From Candidatus Iainarchaeum sp. (lineage in GTDB: Archaea > Iainarchaeota > Iainarchaeia > Iainarchaeales > JACQJH01): a stretch of 32,000 nucleotides of DNA. Position numbers and translations under genes: made by a program. Shown here piece by piece: positions 1-7,582 of the stretch (position 1 is the stretch's first letter; every line of letters starts with the position of its first letter). The notes under the pieces were generated by a model. That model did not search any database. It had not been told where the DNA came from and saw only the letters and a program-made list of their open reading frames with translations. The stretch spans positions 30,001 through 62,000 of the forward strand of contig JACQJH010000001.1 of the NCBI GenBank assembly GCA_016205145.1, in the 5' to 3' direction.

Positions 1-856
1 AATGTCCAAATCTTTGGGCAACGTCATTGCGCCGCAGGACATGGTTTCAAAATACTGTGCTGACGCATTGCGCTACTGGAGCGCTTCCGCCTCGCTTGGC
101 GAGGACGTGCCGTTCCAGGAAAAGGAAATGGTTGCGGGCCAGAAGTTTTTGTCCAAGCTGTTGAATGCGGGAAAATTCGTTTCAGGTCTGACACAAGGGA
201 TTTCGCTTGAAGATTTCAGGAATGAAAAGAAAAACCTGCGCCCGACGGACAAGTGGATTTTGAGCAGGCTCAACACTCTCAAGAAGTCCGTGACCGAAAG
301 CATGGAATCATTCGACTTTTTCCGCGGCCTGAATCCCGTGCGCGACTTTTTCTGGCTTGAATTCGCGGACTATTACATCGAAGAGGTCAAGTACCGCGCT
401 TACGACGAAAGCAATCCTTCCTGCAAAGCGGCGAAGCTGACTCTTCTGTCAGTTTACCTTGACTGCCTGAAAATGCTCTCGCCCTTCCTCCCGTTCGTGT
501 GCGAGGACATAATGCAGTCGCAGTTTTCATCGCACCTCAAAGCCAAAAGCATTCATCTCGAGGAATGGCCGGGTTTCGACGCAACGCTTGTTTCGGATCA
601 GGCCGAATTCGAAGGCGAAACGTGCAACTCGATCGTGTCGGCCTTGCGCAAGCTCAAGTCCTCGCGCAGCCTTGCAATGAACGCCGAACTCGGAAAGGCT
701 GAAATTTTCGTTTCCTCGCCGAAGGCGGAGACCGCAGTGAAAGCGGTTTTGGAGGATGTCTGCGGGACAATGAACGTGAAAAGCCTTGCCGTTTCCAGGG
801 CAAAACCCGCGGAAGGCGCGGTTAAAGTTTCGGAGGAAGTTTTTTTGTCGGCCTGA
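1..856 (+). CDS. valS: Class I aminoacyl-tRNA synthetase, C-terminal part, most likely valyl-tRNA synthetase; 5' end lies outside the window
   Basis: The frame-2 ORF is open to the window edge. It begins inside the KMSKS loop (MSKSLGNVI), followed by ADALRYW and a helical anticodon-binding region (DKWILSRLN...). The pattern fits ValRS best; IleRS is not excluded. Stop TGA at 854-856. Confidence 0.7.
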   Translation, partial: MSKSLGNVIAPQDMVSKYCADALRYWSASASLGEDVPFQEKEMVAGQKFLSKLLNAGKFVSGLTQGISLEDFRNEKKNLRPTDKWILSRLNTLKKSVTESMESFDFFRGLNPVRDFFWLEFADYYIEEVKYRAYDESNPSCKAAKLTLLSVYLDCLKMLSPFLPFVCEDIMQSQFSSHLKAKSIHLEEWPGFDATLVSDQAEFEGETCNSIVSALRKLKSSRSLAMNAELGKAEIFVSSPKAETAVKAVLEDVCGTMNVKSLAVSRAKPAEGAVKVSEEVFLSA

Positions 857-965
857 GTTTTTTCCAGGCCGCTTGGCGAAGCAGTTAAGGCGGGCATTTT
901 TTTGGGCTTTCGGCGGGATCAAGAATATTAATAACGTTTTACCCTAAATTACTCTTGTTGATTGA

Positions 966-1508
966 ATGAAACGGCTTTTTCTGTGCGCCCTGCTTTTGGC
1001 CCTGTTGTCTGGTTGCGCGGATTCGGGTTCCTTCAAGGAAAAATTTGACGCCTTGCAGCGCACCGAAGCGAACTTTCATTCTTCAGGCTTGACTCCGACT
1101 GAGATTCCGAAGATTGTCGCACTGCAGTCCGAGCTGAACAAGGTGAAGGTCTCATTGTCCAAGCAGCCGCGCTCGTCCGAGAATTCCGCGCTCACGTCGC
1201 TCATTGACGCGAAGTTTGACCTGCTTGAAATGCGCCTGTCTTTCGAGAAAGGCAAGCTTGAAATGGCGAAAGCCAAGTTCTCCGAAGCCGATTGCCGCGC
1301 CGGCGGCGCGCTTGTCAACGCCGCAGATTTTTTCGAGAAAGCAACTGTTTCCGGGTCAAGCGCAAAATCCAGGTTCCAGTCGTTTTTCAAGAATTATCCT
1401 GCCGAGGCTAAGCAGACCGGCATTTCATTGCAGGATGTTTCCCTGACAATCGATCTGATCGCCGAAAACGCCGCAACACTGCGCGACGGCGTCCTTGGCT
1501 TGTGCTGA
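966..1508 (+). CDS. Putative secreted lipoprotein, helical, family unknown
   Basis: The N-terminus MKRLFLCALLLALLSGC is a signal peptide with a lipobox-like LSGC. An AT-rich TATA-like element (aatattaataa, about 923-935) lies some 35 nt upstream of the ATG. Confidence 0.6.
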   Translation: MKRLFLCALLLALLSGCADSGSFKEKFDALQRTEANFHSSGLTPTEIPKIVALQSELNKVKVSLSKQPRSSENSALTSLIDAKFDLLEMRLSFEKGKLEMAKAKFSEADCRAGGALVNAADFFEKATVSGSSAKSRFQSFFKNYPAEAKQTGISLQDVSLTIDLIAENAATLRDGVLGLC

Positions 1509-1568
1509 CGCGTTTTCGACCGCGTGTGCCGCGGCGATTTCGTCCGCCGGGTCCGAAACTAAGGTCTT

Positions 1569-1619
1569 CGTTGCAAAATCTTGGATTTTGCGACGTGCCC
1601 AGAATCTTTGGATTCTGGG
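1569..1619 (+). other. Two adjacent stem-loops (1569-1596 and 1598-1619) sharing an AATC-TT(T)G-GATT core
   Basis: Read directly. First: CGTTGCAAAATC-TTGG-GATTTTGCGACG, 12 bp including one G-U. Second: CCCAGAATC-TTTG-GATTCTGGG, 9 bp perfect. Confidence 0.75.
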
Positions 1620-1621
1620 GC

Positions 1622-1734
1622 ATCACTGTTGTGAAAGACCGAGTAAGGGGTTGTTAGATTTCAGGGGCGTGCGAGGGGGCGGAGCCCCCTGCGTCGGGAT
1701 TAAGGCGTATCACTGTTGTGAAAGGCCGAGTAAG
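1622..1734. repeat. 26-nt direct repeat in 2 copies (ATCACTGTTGTGAAAGRCCGAGTAAG), 25/26 identical, 87-nt period
   Basis: Copies at 1622-1647 and 1709-1734. A GC hairpin AGGGGGC-GGA-GCCCCCT (1674-1690) lies between them. Confidence 0.8.
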
Positions 1735-1743
1735 CCGCAGTAA

Positions 1744-1755
1744 AAGCCTTTTAAG
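1744..1755 (+). promoter_or_regulatory. Candidate BRE/TATA for bud32 (leaderless transcript)
   Basis: aagccttttaag is centred about 27 nt upstream of the ATG at 1779. This spacing is typical of archaeal TATA-to-TSS distance on leaderless mRNAs. Confidence 0.35.
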
Positions 1756-1778
1756 CGGTTTCCCGGCAGGATTCTTTT

Positions 1779-2399
1779 ATGGCCGTTTTTGAAAACGAAT
1801 TGCTTGTCGCGCGCGGAGCCGAAGCGGAACTCTTCAAATCCGAATACCTTAGTTTGCCGGTGCTTGTGAAAAGGCGCGTCCCGAAATCCTACCGGAATCC
1901 AGTGCTTGATTCGCGCATCCGTTCCGAGCGGACTGTTGCGGAGGCAAGGCTTTTGCATAACGCAAAGGCATTCGGCGTCAGGGTTCCCGCGGTTTTGCGC
2001 ATTGACAAGGCAAATGCGGAGATTGCAATGGAGTTCGTTCCCGGAAAGCGCGTGAAAGACGTTCTGACGAAAAAAAATTTCAAAAAGATTTGCGCGGAAA
2101 TCGGCGCAAGCATCGGAAAGATTCATTGCGCCGGAATAGTGCACGGCGACCTGACAACAAGCAACATTCTGATACATAACGATTCTTTGGTTTTCATTGA
2201 TTTTGGCCTGGCTTCGCTGTCGCAAAAAACCGAGGACAGGGCAGTGGACCTGCTTGTATTCAAAAAGACTTTTGAGGCAACGCACTGCAACCTGCTTGAA
2301 GGCTGGCAGTTCATTGTCAAAGGCTACCTGAAGGAGTTTCCGCATCCGGAATGCGTGAAGCAGATTGGCAAAATTGAGGCGCGGGCGCGGTATCTATAA
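1779..2399 (+). CDS. bud32: Bud32 / Kae1-associated kinase (KEOPS subunit), stand-alone
   Basis: RIO-like small kinase signatures: GAEAELF, VKRRVPKSYR, R..R...EARLL, catalytic HGDLTTSNIL and FIDFGL, at about 205 aa. Confidence 0.85.
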   Translation: MAVFENELLVARGAEAELFKSEYLSLPVLVKRRVPKSYRNPVLDSRIRSERTVAEARLLHNAKAFGVRVPAVLRIDKANAEIAMEFVPGKRVKDVLTKKNFKKICAEIGASIGKIHCAGIVHGDLTTSNILIHNDSLVFIDFGLASLSQKTEDRAVDLLVFKKTFEATHCNLLEGWQFIVKGYLKEFPHPECVKQIGKIEARARYL

Positions 2400-2437
2400 T
2401 TATTAACTCCATTTTGGGTTATTTTTATTGATTTTTT

Positions 2438-3865
2438 ATGGGGCAGTCTGTTGGGAGAACGACTCGGCTTATGGGTGTTGCAGCAAAGCGCCTTAAACAT
2501 ACAAGGGAACAATTGTATGACGCGATTTCAGCGGGCCATTTGGAGGCATTGAAAGTTGGCGGAAGCTGGCATGTTTCAACGCAGGAAATTTCCCGCGTGC
2601 GCGGGCTTCTGAATTCTGGCTTGAGCATAGCGGACGCCGCAACAAGGTTCTGCATTTCACGAAAGTCTGTGTCAAAGCTGATTTCGTGCGGGTTTGTTGA
2701 GGCGCAGCCGTTTGGCAAAAAGTTAATTCTTACGCCTGAGTCGATTAAACGTCTAGAGGGGCGAGTTGAATTCACCAATTGGTTTGTTGAGAATTATGTA
2801 AATTCCGAGGAATTTGCCGCCGGCCTCAATCTCAGCAGGGAACGGGCGCTTCAGGTGATTTCGGAATATTCCATTCCGACAATACAACTTTCCGAGCTTG
2901 ACCTTTTGGGTGAAAACAGGACAAAGCACACGCTTTTTGTTCCGCGTGATTTGTTTGAACGGAATAAGACCGAGTGGGCCAATAGGGCGAGAAGCCGGCC
3001 AAGGCCCAAAGACGAAATTGCCAGGATTGACGGGCTTTTGCACAGCTATTCCTCTGAACTGGAAACATTAAGCGAGAAAAAGAATGGGGCTGTCGCGGAA
3101 TACCGGAAAATAGTTTTTGGTTCGGTTGGTCTAACCTTGCCGGAACTGCGCGCCGCGGAACAAACCCTTGATGCGCGTTTGGATGCCTTGAACGCCGAGT
3201 ATAGAGCACTGCGGTCTGATTATCGTTCTGATAATTCCCCTGAATTCTTAGGTGCCCTAAATCGCAAGGCGCTTGAAAGGAATGGTGTTGAAGCCGGGCT
3301 TTCCAATGTTCGTGGCAAAATTGAACGCGGAGAGGGCGTAAGGGCGGCTCGAAAGAACATAAGCGACAGGGAGAGGGGGTGGGCGGTTTCATTGAGGGAC
3401 TCCGTCACTGCAATGTCAAGGCGTGAAAGTTATATTGTCGGGCGGTTGTCCGAGCTGCGGGTCGAACGTGCCGCTATGCAGGCAACGGTCAATTCTTATA
3501 ACGCATCTTTGGCTAAGGGCGGCAGGGCGCTTTATGCGAATGTCCCGAATGGTTTTGTGACCTTGGAGGACGCTTTCAGGCGAACCGGATTTTCACAACC
3601 CACTTTGCGCGGTTTCATAAACCAAGGCATAATTGATGGGGGTGTTGTTGTAACCGTGGGGGCAAGGCGCTTTAATTGTGTTCCTGAACATTTTGTCCAA
3701 AAAATTGAGAATGCGGTTTCCGTGGTCAGGGCAAGGGAACTGACCGGTTTGGGAAAAAGAAGCGTTTTTTCGGTTTTTTCCGGCAGTTGCTTTCGCGTGG
3801 GCAAGAAATGGTTCGTTGAAAAAGCCGCGGTTGATGGTTATATCGCGGCAAACCCGGAACATTAG
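2438..3865 (+). CDS. Orphan protein with five excisionase/MerR-like HTH modules flanking a central coiled coil
   Basis: 475-aa ORF. The modules match the HTH_17-type pattern (L..AA..L.(I/V)S...(V/L)..LI..G.L.A.K.G..W.I). Three are N-terminal (aa about 9-55, 62-105, 118-170) and two C-terminal (aa about 372-420, 425-470). An Ala/Arg/Glu-rich helical segment spans aa about 190-360. Confidence 0.6.
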   Translation: MGQSVGRTTRLMGVAAKRLKHTREQLYDAISAGHLEALKVGGSWHVSTQEISRVRGLLNSGLSIADAATRFCISRKSVSKLISCGFVEAQPFGKKLILTPESIKRLEGRVEFTNWFVENYVNSEEFAAGLNLSRERALQVISEYSIPTIQLSELDLLGENRTKHTLFVPRDLFERNKTEWANRARSRPRPKDEIARIDGLLHSYSSELETLSEKKNGAVAEYRKIVFGSVGLTLPELRAAEQTLDARLDALNAEYRALRSDYRSDNSPEFLGALNRKALERNGVEAGLSNVRGKIERGEGVRAARKNISDRERGWAVSLRDSVTAMSRRESYIVGRLSELRVERAAMQATVNSYNASLAKGGRALYANVPNGFVTLEDAFRRTGFSQPTLRGFINQGIIDGGVVVTVGARRFNCVPEHFVQKIENAVSVVRARELTGLGKRSVFSVFSGSCFRVGKKWFVEKAAVDGYIAANPEH

Positions 3866-3986
3866 CTATTTAAAGCTTTCATGGGCATACTTTCTAATCT
3901 CAGTTTTTGTTTTCTCTTCTGCGCCGGAATGGGCGGAAGGGGCATTTTAGTTCATTGGTTTTAATTTTATTGTGGGTTTGATGGTT

Positions 3987-4541
3987 ATGGCACGGCTTGG
4001 AAACCAGGCGGAAGATTCTGAAGGCGAAAGGGCATTTGAACAGCCGCAGGCAATGGAAGAGCAGTCCGTTGAGGCGCAGGTCAGGGCCGAATCCGGCATT
4101 GCCGAGGAAAAGCCAAAGAAGGCCAAAAAGTCGAAAAAGGACAAGGTCCAGAAGGCCTGGGTCAAGATGTCCGTCAAGGACATCGAGGAAGCAATTGTCG
4201 GCTTGGCGAACGCGGGTCATTCGGCTTCGCAGATCGGCTTAATGCTGCGCGACGAGTACGGCGTGCCGGATGTCGAGGCGGCAACCGAGAAGACTGTTTC
4301 GGAAATCCTCGAAGCGCACAAGATTTTGCCTGAGATTCCGGATGATTTGATGAGCCTCATCAGAAGGTCTGTTGAAATCAAGGCGCATTTGGACAGGAAC
4401 AGGAAGGATTTCACTGCAAAGCGCGGTTACCAGCTGACTGTCGCAAAAATCAGGCGCCTGCTCAAATATTACACAAAGGCGAAGAGGCTGCCGAAAGACT
4501 GGCATTTCACCGAGGAAAAGGCGGCTTTGCTTGTGAAGTGA
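3987..4541 (+). CDS. rps15: Ribosomal protein uS15 (archaeal S15/S13e type) with an atypical acidic N-terminal extension
   Basis: The C-terminal 120 aa show the uS15 pattern: IEEAIVGLANAGHSASQIGLMLRDEYGVPDV ... PEIPDDL..L..R...I..HL..N.KD...KRG..L...KIRRL.KYY. Upstream in-frame GTG 3972 and ATG 3981 are alternative starts. An AT-rich element at 3957-3971 fits a leaderless start at 3981/3987. Confidence 0.85.
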   Translation: MARLGNQAEDSEGERAFEQPQAMEEQSVEAQVRAESGIAEEKPKKAKKSKKDKVQKAWVKMSVKDIEEAIVGLANAGHSASQIGLMLRDEYGVPDVEAATEKTVSEILEAHKILPEIPDDLMSLIRRSVEIKAHLDRNRKDFTAKRGYQLTVAKIRRLLKYYTKAKRLPKDWHFTEEKAALLVK

Positions 4542-4715
4542 TTTTGATGGCGGGGCTTGTTTTGAACACGGGTTTCAGGCTTGAGTGCAATGGCAGGCTT
4601 GCGCACTCGTTTTCATGCACGGGCATTGAAGAGTTTCTTGAGTCGGGCGACAAGGCGATAATGGCCTTGCCTGCGGAAAAATGATTTTTTGGTTTTGGAT
4701 TTTTGAGTGTTTTTT

Positions 4716-5366
4716 ATGGCTGAAAAGGAAAAGACTGCTGGAGCGGAAAAGGGCGAGGAAAAGAAGGTTGTCAAGCCGACCAAGAAGGCGATTGACACCT
4801 GGAAGAAAAAGAAATGGTTCACGATTCTCGCTTCAAGGGAGTTCAGCCAGAAACCCATCGGCGAAACCCCGGCTGAAAAGCCGAAGGGCATTCTTGGCAG
4901 GGTTGTCAAGGTCAATCTTTTTGATTTGACTTCGCAGAGGCAGAAGCGCCACATAACCGTTTTTTTCAGGGCATCCGACGTGCAGGGCACGAATGTTTCA
5001 ACAATTCTCGCGGGCCATGAAATACATCCATCGCATTTGGCAAGGGTCATCAGGAGAAGGTCGAGCAAGATGGAAGTCGTGCAGAACGTTGTCTCGTCCG
5101 ACGGCAAGAACATCCGGGTCAAAACCGTTGTTGTTTCTGCGAGGAAGATCGAGGGCGAAAAGCGCACGGCAATAAGGAACGCCATCGCGGATATTGTCAA
5201 GAAGAACAGCAGCGGAAAGCCTTCCGACCAGCTCATCCAGGAACTCATTTTCGGCCTGGTTTCCGCGAATGTTTTCAAGAAGGCGAAGGAAATCGCGCCG
5301 GTCAAGCGCGCTGAAATCGTCAAGTCTTTTTTGGCTCCTGAAACCGCCAGTGAACAGTCCGCCTGA
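4716..5366 (+). CDS. rps3ae: Ribosomal protein eS1 (S3Ae)
   Basis: Signatures: KKAIDTWKKKKWFTILAS..F....IGETPA..P....GRVV.V.L.DLT; length about 216 aa. The ATG at 4716 is preferred over the in-frame GTG at 4707. Confidence 0.9.
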   Translation: MAEKEKTAGAEKGEEKKVVKPTKKAIDTWKKKKWFTILASREFSQKPIGETPAEKPKGILGRVVKVNLFDLTSQRQKRHITVFFRASDVQGTNVSTILAGHEIHPSHLARVIRRRSSKMEVVQNVVSSDGKNIRVKTVVVSARKIEGEKRTAIRNAIADIVKKNSSGKPSDQLIQELIFGLVSANVFKKAKEIAPVKRAEIVKSFLAPETASEQSA

Positions 5367-5428
5367 CGGGCCGTGCCGCTCTTGGTTTTAAATTTCTTTT
5401 CAGCTTTCTTTTTTCCAGGTTTTTTTGC

Positions 5429-6112
5429 ATGACCGGGCTTGCCGAAGTCTTGATCCTGTTTTTTGTCCTCGCGCCAGTCTCATTTGTTGCGTTCCGCAAG
5501 AGGTCGCTTGATTTTTTCGGCATACTGGCGGCGAATGCCCTCGGCATAATGGTTTTTGTCGGCGGCGGATTGCCGCTGTTTTTGGCGTTCACTGTTGTTT
5601 TTTTCGCCGCCGAGGCCGTCACGCGGGTTTCCAGGCTGAAGCGCAGGGGCAGTTTTGAGGCGCGTTCAATGGGAAACATTTTCGGAAACGGCCTGGTTGC
5701 GACTGTTGCGGCATTGTCCGGCAGTCCGCTCGCGTTTTTCGGCGCGGTTTCCGCGGCTTTGGCTGACACTTTTTCCTCGGAACTCGGCAGCCTTTCATCC
5801 GATTCGCCCGTGATGATAACGGATTTCAGGCGCGTTCCAGCCGGAACGGACGGCGGCATAACTTTTCTCGGCCTGCTTGTGGCGTGCGCGGGCGGCCTGC
5901 TTGTGGCAGCAATGCATTTTTTCCTTTTCGCCAGCCTTCCGTTGGCTTTTGTTGTTTTTTTGTGCGGCTTTTTCGGCAGTGTTTTCGACTCTTTTCTGGG
6001 CGCGTTTTTCCAGGGAAAGGGCCTGCTTGACAACAACAGCGTGAATTTTTTCGCCACGGTTTTCGGCGCACTTCTGGCGCTTGCATTCGGCTGGTTTTTC
6101 GCTATGTTCTGA
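5429..6112 (+). CDS. DUF92/TMEM19-family polytopic membrane protein (candidate isoprenoid-phosphate kinase family)
   Basis: Multi-TM protein carrying ALADTFSSELG and ITDFRRVPAGTDGGITFLG. These match the ADT.(A/S)SE.G ... P.LIT....V..GT.GG(V/I)(S/T)..G signature of DUF92. Confidence 0.75.
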   Translation: MTGLAEVLILFFVLAPVSFVAFRKRSLDFFGILAANALGIMVFVGGGLPLFLAFTVVFFAAEAVTRVSRLKRRGSFEARSMGNIFGNGLVATVAALSGSPLAFFGAVSAALADTFSSELGSLSSDSPVMITDFRRVPAGTDGGITFLGLLVACAGGLLVAAMHFFLFASLPLAFVVFLCGFFGSVFDSFLGAFFQGKGLLDNNSVNFFATVFGALLALAFGWFFAMF

Positions 6113-7013
6113 TTCCGGGGCCGTTTGGGACCGGGGCTTCCATGCTTTGCCTGAGCCCTTCGCCGAAGCTCCTGCCGGATTCCGACAGCAGTTCGAACAG
6201 TGAAAAGTCCTTGGAATATTCCTTTATTCTTGGTTCGCCCTGGATGCCGGCCATTGCGGAAGCCTTTTTTATGGCGTCCTCTTTTGTGCCGAAGCCGTCG
6301 ACCAGGCCGATTTCTTTTGCCTGTTCTCCTGACAGTATCCTGCCGTCGGCGATTGCGTTGAATTTCCTGGTGTCGAGCTTGTCGCCGCGGAACTTTATTA
6401 TGTCGCCTTTGAACCTTTGGAACGAGTCCTGCACAAGGCGTTCAAGCAGAATTCTTTCTTCTTCGGTCATGCCTTTGAACGGGCTCGCGATGTCCTTCAT
6501 TGCGCCCGCCTTGACAACGTTGACGTCGATTCCGATGTTTCCAAGCAGCCTCTGCACGTTTGGCACGAACATTACCGCGCCGATGCTTCCGGTTATGGAG
6601 TCCTCGTCAGCCATTACATAGCTGCCTGCGGCCGCCGCATAGTATGCGCCGCTCGCGCCGATTTCGGAAATCCAGGCAACGACCGGCTTTTTCATTTTCC
6701 TTATTTTTTTCACTATCTGTTTTGAGGCTACAACGCTTCCGCCGCCCGAATCTATGTCCAATACGATTGCCCCGGTTTCCTGGTCGTTTTCCGCCTCGTC
6801 AAGCCTTGCAACTATTTCGTCGGCCGACAGCCCGCCCTGCACCTGCCGGTCGAACGAGATTTCGCCTTTCAGCGGAATGACGGCAACCTGGTCCGGCTTG
6901 AAAAGCCCCGGCACCACGCCCTGCCCGGCTCCGGGCATTGCGAGCGCGGCAACAAGCGCAATCGCGACAATGAGGATGACAAAAGCAGCCATTGCGATTA
7001 TGATTTTTTTCAT
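6102..7013 (-). CDS. sppA: Signal peptide peptidase SppA (36K type)
   Basis: N-terminal TM (MKKIIIAMAAFVILIVAIALVAALA). ClpP/crotonase-fold motifs: IVLDIDSGGGSV, ASGAYYAAAAGSYV, TGSIG, KAGAMKD. The start is set at ATG 7013; the longer track ORF to 7175 would overrun the carS promoter and start. Confidence 0.85.
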   Translation of the reverse strand: MKKIIIAMAAFVILIVAIALVAALAMPGAGQGVVPGLFKPDQVAVIPLKGEISFDRQVQGGLSADEIVARLDEAENDQETGAIVLDIDSGGGSVVASKQIVKKIRKMKKPVVAWISEIGASGAYYAAAAGSYVMADEDSITGSIGAVMFVPNVQRLLGNIGIDVNVVKAGAMKDIASPFKGMTEEERILLERLVQDSFQRFKGDIIKFRGDKLDTRKFNAIADGRILSGEQAKEIGLVDGFGTKEDAIKKASAMAGIQGEPRIKEYSKDFSLFELLSESGRSFGEGLRQSMEAPVPNGPGIRT

Positions 7014-7069
7014 TTCCCGCACCAGCAAAAGATAAAAGTTGATAATGTTTAAATTGTATTCGGGAAGGA

Positions 7070-7582
7070 ATGCTTGAAGTTTTTTTCGCAGTGCTTCTTT
7101 ATGCTGTTCCGCTTTACCTGAGCAACGCCTGTGCCATGGTTTTCCACGGCAGGACGCCGATCGACCTTGGCGCAAAATTTTTTGACGGAAAGCCCTGGCT
7201 CGGCAACGGCAAAACTTTCAAGGGCGCGGTCATGGGCGTTTCAATCGGCTTTCTGTCTGCAATCGCAATTTCGTTTTTTTTCTTCCCGCGCATAGCGTGG
7301 TTTTATCCGGATTACGCGTTTTTCGGCCTGGTGCTTTCCGCGGGCGGGGTTTTCGGTGACGTTGTGAAGAGCTTTTTCAAGCGCCGCATGGGCTTCGAGC
7401 AGGGTGCCCAGCTTTTTCTCGTAGACCAGCTTGATTTTGTCGTGGGCGGGCTGTTCTTTTCGTGGTTTTTGCGCGTTCCTTCTTTGGCTGAGATCGCAGT
7501 GCTTCTGGTGCTCACTGTTTTCATGCACAAGGCCGCGAACTATTTTGCTTTCAAAATGAGGATAAAGCGGGTTCCATGGTGA
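7070..7582 (+). CDS. carS: CDP-archaeol synthase (CarS, DUF46 family)
   Basis: Signatures: TPIDLGAKFFDGKPWLGNGKTFKGA ... GDVVKSFFKRRMG...G......DQLDFV. About 170 aa and polytopic. Confidence 0.85.
   Translation: MLEVFFAVLLYAVPLYLSNACAMVFHGRTPIDLGAKFFDGKPWLGNGKTFKGAVMGVSIGFLSAIAISFFFFPRIAWFYPDYAFFGLVLSAGGVFGDVVKSFFKRRMGFEQGAQLFLVDQLDFVVGGLFFSWFLRVPSLAEIAVLLVLTVFMHKAANYFAFKMRIKRVPW

Noticed and set aside
1622-1734. Possible mini-CRISPR array formed by the two 26-nt direct repeats
   Set aside because: - There are only two copies.
- The 61-nt spacing is far longer than typical spacers.
- There is no leader-like AT tract and no cas gene anywhere in the window.
- Each repeat is preceded by its own hairpin, which is unlike CRISPR units.
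- It is kept as a structured-spacer finding instead.
1495-1743. 82-aa ORF containing a duplicated peptide, HCCERPSK twice, which could look like a Cys-rich peptide precursor
   Set aside because: - It has a TTG start buried in the end of the lipoprotein gene.
- There is no SD or promoter.
- The duplicated peptide is simply the translation of the 26-nt DNA repeat.
- The hairpins argue for an RNA- or DNA-level function.
- It could only be revived by peptide evidence.
4547-4684. 45-aa ATG ORF (MAGLVLNTGFRLECNGRLAHSFSCTGIEEFLESGDKAIMALPAEK) in the rps15-rps3ae spacer
   Set aside because: It falls below the track threshold and has no recognisable motif (no CxxC pairs). There is no SD or TATA at a proper distance, and its end runs into the T-rich promoter region of rps3ae. 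It may be a gene remnant, but that cannot be supported from sequence alone.
4613-6057. Long minus-strand ORFs (4613-5323 and 5320-6057) opposite rps3ae and the DUF92 gene
   Set aside because: These are antisense shadows of well-supported genes. Their translations are low-complexity (Ser/Arg/Pro/Lys-rich) with no motifs.
6102-7175. 5'-extended versions of several track ORFs: sppA to 7175, dp2 from 13867, the orphan from 19259, the secreted protein to 24771, and the ferredoxin from 30823
   Set aside because: The extensions are basic or Cys-rich read-throughs that overlap neighbouring genes or promoters. In each case an internal ATG gives a canonical N-terminus (signal peptide, TM or conserved start) and sensible intergenic spacing.
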